Assembly: GCA_965220695.1 (NCBI GenBank) | Contig: OZ244838.1 | Coordinates: forward strand, 4,547,293 to 4,611,292 | From: Vicinamibacterales bacterium | GTDB taxonomy: Bacteria; Acidobacteriota; Vicinamibacteria; Vicinamibacterales; UBA8438 | Direction of reading: 5' to 3' | DNA: 64,000 nucleotides | Part shown: piece after piece, positions 18,532-27,193 of the stretch | Layout: every line of letters starts with the position of its first letter | How positions within the stretch are numbered: position 1 is the first letter of the stretch | Notes under the pieces: model-generated | Told to the model about the DNA's origin: nothing | The model's input: only the letters and a program-made list of their open reading frames with translations | The model's database searches: none | Position numbers and translations under genes: made by a program

Positions 18532-20079
18532 ATGCCGCGATCGCGTCACACCGCGCTCCGCTGGGTTCTCCTCTGCGGCCTGGCCCTGGCCGGATCTGCG
18601 GCGGCGGGGCGCCGGGGGCGGACGTGTCCCGGTCCGGCGACCCGGGTCGACACCTGCTCATCGTGCTCGACGGGCTGCGGCCCGACTACGTGACCCCGTC
18701 CTTGATGCCCGCGTTGCACGCGCTCGGGCAGCAGGGGGTGGTCATGACCCGGCATCACGCGGTCTATCCCACGGTAACCCGGGTGAACGCCTCGTCGATC
18801 TCGACCGGCGCCTACCCCGAGGCGCACGGTTTGCTGGGGAACGCGGTGTTTTTCCCGAGCGTCGATCCCGGCCGTTTTCTCAGCACGGGCGACCGGGAGA
18901 ACCTGCTCCGCATCGAAGCGGCCGGCGAGCCGCTGCTCACGGCGGCGACGCTCGGCGAGGTGCTCGCCGCGGCGGGGCAGCGCATGCTGGTGATGAGCTC
19001 GGGCTCCACCGGATCGTCGTATCTCCTGAACCACACGGTCGCCGGCGGAGCCGTGCGTGCTGCACTACGAGTACGGGCTGCCCGCCGTGCACCACGAGGA
19101 GGCGCTGGCCCGGCTCGGGCCGGTGCCGGACGCCGATACGCCCAACCATGCCCGGAACCGCTGGATCGTCGATGCGTTCCTGCAGGTGGCGCTCCCGGCG
19201 GTCGACCCGGCGGTGACCGCCATGTGGCTGAGCGACCCCGACACCACCGCGCATCAGCACGGCATCGGTCATCCGCTGACGGTCGAGGCGCTGTTCCGGC
19301 TGGACGCCGAGATTCAGCGCCTGCAGGACGGCCTGGCCGAGGCCGGGATGCTCGACACGACGACCATCTGGGTGACATCCGACCACGGGTTTTCAGAGCA
19401 CACGGGCAGCATCGCCCTGCAGGCGCTGCTCGCACCGTATGCCGGCGTGCTCGACGACGGGTCGCCGCGGATCGTGGCCGGCGCCAACGCCATCTACGTG
19501 CGGGACGGCGACCGCGGGGCGGTGGCCGGCATCGTCGCCGCCCTGCAGGCGACCGAGGGTGTCGGCGCGATCTTCACCGAGGCGGCCGGCCCCGGCGCGA
19601 GCGAGGGCTGGGTGCCCGGCACGCTGTCACTCGATCTGGCCCGCTGGCGTCACGATCGGTCGGCGCAGATTCTCTATTCGGCTGATTGGACCGACGCGGT
19701 CGGCGAGTTCGGTTATCCGGGGACGTCGGCCCAGTTCGGCGTCGCGGGGCACGGCAGCTCGAGTCCGTTCGACATACACAACACGCTTGTCGCCAGCGGC
19801 CCGGCCGTGCAGGCGGGCGCGGTCGTCGAGACGCCGAGCGGCAACGTCGATTTCGCGCCGACGTTCCTCCATCTGCTGGGCATCGACCCGCCGCCGTCGA
19901 TGCAGGGACGGGTCCTGCGCGAAGCGCTGCGCGACGAGACGGCGCCGGCCGGCGCCGTCGAGACGTCCGAGGTGACGGTGGAGAACGCCGACGGCACCTA
20001 TGCCGTGACTGCCGTGGTGTCCGAGGTGGACGGGCGGACCTACCTCGACTACACCGTCACCCGCCGCGCCGGCCCCTAA
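18532..20079 (+). pseudogene. nucleotide pyrophosphatase/phosphodiesterase (alkaline phosphatase superfamily) gene split over two reading frames
   Basis: The signal peptide MPRSRHTALRWVLLCGLALAGSAAA lies in the ATG-18532 frame. The catalytic N-domain (LLIVLDGLRPDY, YPTVTRVNASSISTG) is in the 18624 frame. The C-domain (WLSDPDTTAHQHG, WVTSDHGFSEH) is in the 19057 frame, which is the same as the 18532 frame. The second shift is confined to 19030-19060. Confidence 0.65.
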
Positions 20080-20080
20080 G

Positions 20081-20779
<699 letters not shown>

Positions 20780-20803
20780 GAGTTGGTCCCTCGTTCCAAT
20801 CCG

Positions 20804-22060
20804 TCAGTTGAGCTGCACCCGGTCGACCGCGTCCCACGCCGACATGTCCGACAGTACGACCTGATCGCCCGGCTGCAACCCCTCGATGACCTCGATGGTG
20901 TTGACCGAGCTCCGTCCCAGACTTACCCGGGTCCGTATCGCTTCCCCGGTCTCGGGCAGGAATTTGAACAGGCTGACCACGCTCTCTTCCTGACCGAACA
21001 CCGGACGCCCCACGTAGATGACGTCAACGAGCCGTTCGAGTTCGATCGTGCCATCCACCGTCAGGTCCGGGCGGGCGCCGCGGGGCAGCTCGCCCTCGAG
21101 TGAGACGTCCACGGTGACGGTGCCGTCCTGCACCGCCGGGTCGATGCGAATCACCCGTCCCGGGATGATGCCGTTGCGGGTGTCGATCGCGGCCGGCTGG
21201 CCGATCTGGATGTCGCGCGCCTGCGTCTGGGCGATACGCAACTCGGCTTTCAGCCGCGAGGGGTCGCCCACGCGGGCGAGATTGGTGCCGGTCGAGACGC
21301 TGGCCCCTTCCTCGAGGGGCACCTCCTGGAGCACGCCGGAGACCCCGGCGGTCACCCGCAGGGCGGCGACCTCGTCCTGCCGTAGTTGCGCGATCGTCTC
21401 GAGCCGGTCTACCTCGGCCTGTTCGACCGCCAGCTCGGTATCCATGGCGTTGGTCTGGATCTCGAGCCGATCCTCCTCGATCTCGTGCCGGGTGCGCGCC
21501 TGGTCCTCCCGCGACTGGCTGCGCCGCAGGTCGAGCTCTGAAACCAGCCCTTCCGCGTACAGTTGCTCGTTCTGCTGCGCCTCGTACTCGGCCAGGCTGA
21601 GCTCCGACAGCGCGTTGGATACGCTCGCCTGTTGCGTGAGGAGGTCCCGGTTCAGCGCGACCTGGCGGTTCTGGTAGCGCGCGCGGGACGCATGGAGCTG
21701 CAACTCGGCTTCGAGGGCGCTCTGCTCGAGCTGCGGGTTGCTCAACTCGACGATCGCCGTGTGAGGTTCGACCGTGACGCCCGGCCGCAGCAGGATGGTC
21801 TCCACCGTGCTGCTGGTGGTCGCCGAGATCCAGCGAATCTCTTCCGGAACGAGCGTGCCGGTGCCGCGGACCTGCCGCAGCATCTCGCCGCGCTGCACGG
21901 TATCCATGAAGACCGTATCGCGATCGACCCGCGGCGCCGCCGGCTCGAGGCGCGACACGCCGACGGTGATCAGGATGATCACCACGGTGAACCCGGTGCC
22001 GTACAGGATGCGCTTGAGTCTCTTGGCCCGTGCGATGTCGGGACGCGCGATGTCGACCAT
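20804..22060 (-). CDS. HlyD/MacA-family periplasmic adaptor (membrane fusion protein)
   Basis: N-terminal TM anchor, a long coiled-coil segment, and lipoyl-like and beta-barrel segments typical of membrane fusion proteins. It lies upstream of the ABC ATPase. Confidence 0.85.
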   Translation of the reverse strand: MVDIARPDIARAKRLKRILYGTGFTVVIILITVGVSRLEPAAPRVDRDTVFMDTVQRGEMLRQVRGTGTLVPEEIRWISATTSSTVETILLRPGVTVEPHTAIVELSNPQLEQSALEAELQLHASRARYQNRQVALNRDLLTQQASVSNALSELSLAEYEAQQNEQLYAEGLVSELDLRRSQSREDQARTRHEIEEDRLEIQTNAMDTELAVEQAEVDRLETIAQLRQDEVAALRVTAGVSGVLQEVPLEEGASVSTGTNLARVGDPSRLKAELRIAQTQARDIQIGQPAAIDTRNGIIPGRVIRIDPAVQDGTVTVDVSLEGELPRGARPDLTVDGTIELERLVDVIYVGRPVFGQEESVVSLFKFLPETGEAIRTRVSLGRSSVNTIEVIEGLQPGDQVVLSDMSAWDAVDRVQLN

Positions 22061-22173
22061 ATCGTCAGTCCTTGCTGCTCGTCTGCCCCTGCCCCGCTCT
22101 CGGTACGACCCGGACCGTGCGCTCTGGTCTGTTAGACGCGCATTTCGGGAAATGGGTTTGCCGAGCCGCCACC

Positions 22174-22503
22174 CTACCCGCCAACTATTCCGGCGACGGC
22201 GGCTGACAGACGAATCCAGTGCCTGGTTTCTTCTTCGAGCTGCCGGCGGCCCCGCTCCGTCAGGTCATAGTACTTGGCCTGTCGATTGTTCTCCGACTTG
22301 CCCCAACTGGCCCGAATCCAGTCCTGTTGTTCAAGCCGGTGCAGCGCCGGATACAGCGACCCCTGGTTCACTTGCAGCACATCCTTCGACATTTGCCGGA
22401 TGCGTTGCGAAATGCCCCATCCGTGTCGCGCGCCGGTCGACAGCGTCTTGAGAATCAGCAGATCCAGGGTGCCCTGCAGCAGATCCGACTTTGGCTTGGT
22501 CAA
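22174..22503 (-). CDS. PadR family transcriptional regulator
   Basis: LLQGTLDLLILKTL..GARHGWGISQRIRQMS...LQVNQGSLYPALHRLEQQDWI......NNRQAKYYDLTERGRRQLEEE is the canonical PadR winged helix. Confidence 0.9.
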   Translation of the reverse strand: MTKPKSDLLQGTLDLLILKTLSTGARHGWGISQRIRQMSKDVLQVNQGSLYPALHRLEQQDWIRASWGKSENNRQAKYYDLTERGRRQLEEETRHWIRLSAAVAGIVGG

Positions 22504-22704
22504 CGCGTCTCTCCCCTTGACATTCTACAAGACGAGGACGCCGTGTCAAGGCGCGCCGGCAGTCTCTGTCCCACGGGCTGCCAGGGTCCCGTGGCAGACC
22601 GAATCCACGGGTTCCTCGGGCAGATGGGGTGGAGCGCGCGGGGGTTCGGGATATGGCGATGTCGGCGGACCTGCCGTCTGCGGCGGGCGTATCCGCGCTG
22701 CCGG

Positions 22705-23532
22705 CTACTTGCCCTGCACCACCGTGTTGCTGAGCACCCCGACGCCGTCCACCTCGATTTCGTAGGTATCGCCCGGTTGCATCGCCCGGGTGCTGCCCAT
22801 CGTGCCGGACCAGATCAGATCGCCCGGTTCGAGCGTGACGTACGTGGAGATGTAGCTCAGCATGTGCGCCATGTTGAAGATCAGGTCGGAGCTGTTGCCG
22901 CGCTGCCGTTCTTCGCCGTTGTGGCGGCCGACGATCTCCAGGTTGTTTCGGTCGAGCCCCGTCACCAGCACCGGGCCCACGGCGTTGAAGCCCCGAGCGC
23001 CCTTGGCCCGCACCCACTGGATGTCGTTCGCCTGCCACACGCGCTCGCTCACGTCGTTGCCGGCGGTCACGCCGAAGATGTAGTCGGGCGCGTCCTCGAG
23101 CGAGACGTTCTCGGCCCGCTTTCCCACCACAGACACCAACTCGGCCTCGTAGTGCAGGTTGGTCGCGTCGGCCGGCATCACGATCGGGTCCTCCGGTCCG
23201 ACAATCGAGTTGGCCGGCACGATGAACAGGCCAGGATATTCGGCCGGTTCGCCGGATATGTGACTGCGGAAATTGAAGGCGGTCATCAGGACCAGCTTCG
23301 GGTCGACCGGCGCTTCCAGCTTGACCCCCGACCGTTCGACCGTGCGCCCGGTGCGCGTGGCGTCAAGATACGGTGCGTCGCTCAGCTGGTGAATCGTCGA
23401 GCCTTCCAGCACACCCCAGGAGATGTCCCCGCCGTTCACGGAATACCGGACGTACTGGGTCTGCGCGCCGGCGACGCCGGCGAGCAGGGCCGATGCGACG
23501 AGTCCGGCCGCGAAGATCGAGACAGGTTTCAC
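22705..23532 (-). CDS. fumarylacetoacetate hydrolase (FAH) family protein with an N-terminal signal peptide
   Basis: FAH core blocks YEAELVSVVGKRA, GVTAGNDVSER and LEPGDLIWSGTMGS are present. The N-terminus MKPVSIFAAGLVASALLAGVAGAQT looks like a Sec signal. Confidence 0.85.
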   Translation of the reverse strand: MKPVSIFAAGLVASALLAGVAGAQTQYVRYSVNGGDISWGVLEGSTIHQLSDAPYLDATRTGRTVERSGVKLEAPVDPKLVLMTAFNFRSHISGEPAEYPGLFIVPANSIVGPEDPIVMPADATNLHYEAELVSVVGKRAENVSLEDAPDYIFGVTAGNDVSERVWQANDIQWVRAKGARGFNAVGPVLVTGLDRNNLEIVGRHNGEERQRGNSSDLIFNMAHMLSYISTYVTLEPGDLIWSGTMGSTRAMQPGDTYEIEVDGVGVLSNTVVQGK

Positions 23533-23610
23533 GAGAAGCCTCCTTGGAAAGTGTCAGGCGCCGCCTGCATCGTAGGTGCGGCGTCTCGCCGCCGTCAACC
23601 GCGCCGACGG

Positions 23611-24429
23611 TTACCCGCCAAACGGCTCGTACCGCTCCCAAAGCGTGGTCTCTTCGCGCCGGGTGGTGCGGAAGAGCACGCGGACGTGAAAATAGACGTC
23701 CGCTTCGATGGGCAGCCAGACATCGCCGGCAACCGGTGCGCGCTCGATGGCGCCCCTGGCGTCCGACACGCTGCCCAGCACGCCCCACCACAGTCGCACC
23801 GATTCGATCAACTGGAAGTTGACGCGGGCAATCTCATAGGTCTCCCGGTCGATCCAGATCTCGCCCCGCGACTTGTTCAGCGCGTGGTCGATCCGCCGCC
23901 GCACCGGCAGCTTGCCTGCCCGCGGTTCGAACTCCAGGACATAGCTCGGTCGCCCCCGCAGCTCCCGGACGCCGGCCAGCGTGGCCGTGTAGCGTTCGAT
24001 CAGCTCGTCGTTGAATTCAACGCCGGACTCGTCTTCTTCTTCGTCGTCCGGGTCCTTGATCCGTTCCATGAACCCTTCCCGGCGTTCCGCCTCGTCTTCG
24101 AGATCGTCGTCGGAGATCGGTTCCCCGTTTCTGGTGATCAGGCTGGCGTAGGGCACGCCCTCATACAGATCGACGGCGTAGACTCGTGTCTCGTCCTCCT
24201 TGACGCCGCCGTCCCCGTTGAAAGTCCGCTCGCGCTGCGTCATCGAGTATCGGAACTTCGCCTGGAACTCCCGTTCTTCGGCCCAGGCGGCGCGCTCCAG
24301 CGCCCGGTCGACGATGGCTCGGGTCTCGGTGTCGGGCGCCTCTTGCCCAGAGCCGGGGGCCGCCGCCAGGACCGCGGCGACGGTCACGGGAACAAGAACG
24401 AGGCACGCGCGGAAGACGGCAGGTTTCAT
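23611..24429 (-). CDS. secreted hypothetical protein (LolA-like fold suspected) with an acidic insert
   Basis: Start taken at MKPAVFRACLVLVPVTVAAVLAAAPG (24429). It contains a DDDLEDEAERREGFMERIKDPDDEEEDE acidic stretch. No catalytic motif recognised. Confidence 0.6.
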   Translation of the reverse strand: MKPAVFRACLVLVPVTVAAVLAAAPGSGQEAPDTETRAIVDRALERAAWAEEREFQAKFRYSMTQRERTFNGDGGVKEDETRVYAVDLYEGVPYASLITRNGEPISDDDLEDEAERREGFMERIKDPDDEEEDESGVEFNDELIERYTATLAGVRELRGRPSYVLEFEPRAGKLPVRRRIDHALNKSRGEIWIDRETYEIARVNFQLIESVRLWWGVLGSVSDARGAIERAPVAGDVWLPIEADVYFHVRVLFRTTRREETTLWERYEPFGG

Positions 24430-24493
24430 CGCAAGACGTATCGGGTGATCGGCAACCGGGCTGTGATCAACATACTCCAAGACCCGCGCGGCA

Positions 24494-24533
24494 CGCCATC
24501 GACAACAGCGGGGATTTTGCCACGGGCTGCCAG
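24494..24533. repeat. about 40-nt remnant of the MITE / IS5-like terminal repeat
   Basis: GCCATCGACAACAGCGGGGATTTTGCCACGGGCTGCCAG resembles the MITE end GCCGATCGAATGCAGCGGGGCTTTTGCCACGGGCTGCTAG. No matching opposite end is seen. Confidence 0.5.
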
Positions 24534-24543
24534 CCCCGGGCGG

Positions 24544-25875
24544 CTACTCACGCAACGCCGACGGCAGACGGGGTGACGCCAGCAGTTCGGCGAAGGCTTC
24601 CCAGCGGCTGTCGGCGCCGTCGCCGCCGCGGGCGTCGATGAACGACGCCACCAGGTCCTTTCCGAGGTTGTAGTTGATCACGTAACTTCGATACTGGTCG
24701 AAGAACCGGGTCCGCTGTTCCGCGCGCTCGGGCGTCATCAGCGCGTAGCGGGTCAGCCAGTCGGCCGCCGACGCCCGGTCGATCTCACCGTTCAGGTAGC
24801 GGCGCGCCGCCTCGTTGCCGGCATAGTCGAGTTGGCTCACCAGGGCCTGCACGTCGTCGTAGACGGCGGCGCGGGTGGCATCGAGACCGGCCGCGGGGAA
24901 CAGCACGTCGCGCTCGAACGCCAGCCGCTCGGCGCCGGGGAACGCCACCTCGATGCCGTAGTTGGCGGTACCCTCGGCAATCAGCGACTGGGGCGAGAAC
25001 AGGGCATAGACCGAGAACTCGGGCCATCCGCGGTCGCGCACCAGGTGCTGCTCGAGCAGCACGTTGTAGACATGGTGCCCGGGATAACCCTCGTGACAGG
25101 CGAGATCGATCGCCCGATCGATGTAGATCGGCAGGTCGGTGTTGACCTGAATCAGGCTGCGAAAGTCACCCTGATACCAGTTGTAGCCGCTCCACGACTT
25201 GCCGGTCACGTACTCGACCGTGAAGCGCTCGCCGGCGGGCAGGTCGACGTGCTCGAGGGTACGGCGCCGGCACTCGGCGATGGCCAGCTCGAACACGCGG
25301 TCGAGCCGCTCGGGCGCGATGACGAAACCGTCGCGGAACGCGCGGTAACGCGCAATCAGGGCGCCGTCCCCGGGCAGCCGGCGGTCCAGCTCCGCCAGCG
25401 TCTCCTGGAAGGCGGCCCCCGTATGGTTCGGGGCGACGGCGTCGTACAGCGCGCGCGATTCGTCGTCGAACGCCAGCGTTTGTCCTTCCAGCATCCGTAC
25501 TCGCGCGCGCAACGCCTCGAGCTGGCGTCGCAGGTAGCGCCGCCGCAGGCGCATCAGTTCGTCGTCCGTCCCGTCACTCGGGTGCTGGTCCAGCTCGTCG
25601 ATGAGCCGTCCGGCCGCGGACCGGATCTGCGCGAGCGGCGCCGCCGCGGCAGCGGTCTCCTCGCGCCACGCCGCGGGTCCGTAATACGCGTCGACATAGT
25701 CGGCGTCGTGCTGCTCCATCGCCAGCACCAGCTTCACGTATCGTTCGGCGAGATCGTCCATGGCGGCATCGGGCTGGCGGGCCGGCAGGGTCACGATCAG
25801 CGCCGCCAGGGCCGCCGGCGCCACCAGCACGGCGGACCGGCGCGGCGCACGGCGACGGCTGCTGACACGGTTCAT
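24544..25875 (-). CDS. DUF885-family protein (putative metallopeptidase-like), Tat/Sec-exported
   Basis: The CHEGYPGHHV motif (HE..PGHH) is characteristic of DUF885. The N-terminus is Arg-rich and then hydrophobic. Confidence 0.65.
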   Translation of the reverse strand: MNRVSSRRRAPRRSAVLVAPAALAALIVTLPARQPDAAMDDLAERYVKLVLAMEQHDADYVDAYYGPAAWREETAAAAAPLAQIRSAAGRLIDELDQHPSDGTDDELMRLRRRYLRRQLEALRARVRMLEGQTLAFDDESRALYDAVAPNHTGAAFQETLAELDRRLPGDGALIARYRAFRDGFVIAPERLDRVFELAIAECRRRTLEHVDLPAGERFTVEYVTGKSWSGYNWYQGDFRSLIQVNTDLPIYIDRAIDLACHEGYPGHHVYNVLLEQHLVRDRGWPEFSVYALFSPQSLIAEGTANYGIEVAFPGAERLAFERDVLFPAAGLDATRAAVYDDVQALVSQLDYAGNEAARRYLNGEIDRASAADWLTRYALMTPERAEQRTRFFDQYRSYVINYNLGKDLVASFIDARGGDGADSRWEAFAELLASPRLPSALRE

Positions 25876-25976
25876 GCTCGCATCCTCCGTCCAGAAGTTT
25901 ACAGCAGCGCCGCCGCGGGGGCACTTGCTGGAACTCCGCCGGTGTGGCTATGCTTGGAGGTTGTTTCGTGCGGCCC

Positions 25977-26141
25977 CATGCAGTCCGTGGTGAAACCCCG
26001 CGTTGCACCGAGATCGGCGATGCGCCCGCTGAGCAAGGCGAGAAGAGGGAAAATACCGGCAGTATTTGACCGATGAACAACGCGGCGCAGCGGGATGCAG
26101 CGCCGATCGAATGCAGCGGGGCTTTTGCCACGGGCTGCTAG
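25977..26141. mobile_element. 165-bp MITE, copy B (opposite orientation to copy A)
   Basis: It ends ...GCGGGGCTTTTGCCACGGGCTGCTAG and the left end is the slightly degraded CATGCAGTCCGTGGTGAAACCCCGCG. It sits in the divergent intergenic region between the DUF885 gene and the ABC operon. Confidence 0.8.
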
Positions 26142-26341
26142 TTCACCGCAGGCGTTCCCCTTCGGTCTGGATGGGTTCTGCCGTATCGTGGCCCGACCGC
26201 GCGTAGGATCGGGCGCCTGCTGGAACGCCGCCGTACAGCCGGGATGACGCACGGCGCGCATGATGGCGCCCGGGTGGCGCCGCGGGGCGTGCAGCACGGG
26301 CGCCCGAGACCTCTCAAGGTCGATTCGCACAGGATCAGACA

Positions 26342-27175
26342 GTGGAACAGGATACGGAGGTCAGGACGGATCAGACGGTCGAGCCGCCGCCGCCCGCGCC
26401 CGCCATGATCGAGGCGCACGCGCTCTGCAAGTACTACGGGCCGTTCGTGGCGGTGCAGGAGGCGTCGTTCTCGATTCCGCAGGGGCAGATCGTGGCGTTC
26501 CTCGGTCCGAACGGGGCCGGCAAGACGACGCTGATGCGTATGCTGACCGGCTTTCTGGCGCCCAGCGCCGGGCGCGCCGAGATCGCCGGATTCGACGTGC
26601 GCGACGAGCGCATCCAGGCCTCCAGGCGCCTGGGGTACCTGCCGGAGAACGGTCCGCTCTATCCGGACATGACCCCGCTCGAGCTGATGGAGTTCTTCGG
26701 CGAAGCGCGTGAGCTGCCGGCGGCCACCCTGAAACGGCGTATCGAGGAGGTCGTGGAGGTCTGCGCGCTGGACCTGGTGCTCGAAAAGCCGATCGGCAAG
26801 CTGTCGCGCGGCTACAAGCAGCGGGTCGGTCTGGCGCAGGCGCTGCTGCACGACCCCGACGTGCTGATCATGGATGAACCGACCGCCGGGCTCGACCCCA
26901 ACCAGATCAAGCAGTTTCGCGACAACATCCAGCGGCTCGGACGCACCAAGACGATGCTGATCTCGACCCACATTCTGCAGGAAGTCGAGGCGGTTGCCGA
27001 ACGCGTGCTGCTGATCCACGACGGGCGGCTGCTCTTCGACGGACCGCGGGTCGAGCTCGAAGAGAACGGGTCGCTCGAGGAGCCGTTCTACCGGTTGACC
27101 CGGCCGCCGGCGGGCGATGCGCCGATGGCGGCGGCCGGCGGAGACGCATCGCCGCCGGCCAACCAGAGCGCCTGA
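26342..27175 (+). CDS. ABC-2-type transporter ATP-binding protein (GldA-like)
   Basis: Walker A GPNGAGKTT, signature LSRGYKQRVGLAQAL and Walker B LIMDEPTAGLD. The start is GTG 26342 or ATG 26405. Confidence 0.85.
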   Translation: MEQDTEVRTDQTVEPPPPAPAMIEAHALCKYYGPFVAVQEASFSIPQGQIVAFLGPNGAGKTTLMRMLTGFLAPSAGRAEIAGFDVRDERIQASRRLGYLPENGPLYPDMTPLELMEFFGEARELPAATLKRRIEEVVEVCALDLVLEKPIGKLSRGYKQRVGLAQALLHDPDVLIMDEPTAGLDPNQIKQFRDNIQRLGRTKTMLISTHILQEVEAVAERVLLIHDGRLLFDGPRVELEENGSLEEPFYRLTRPPAGDAPMAAAGGDASPPANQSA

Positions 27176-27193
27176 CGGAGACGACGAACGACG

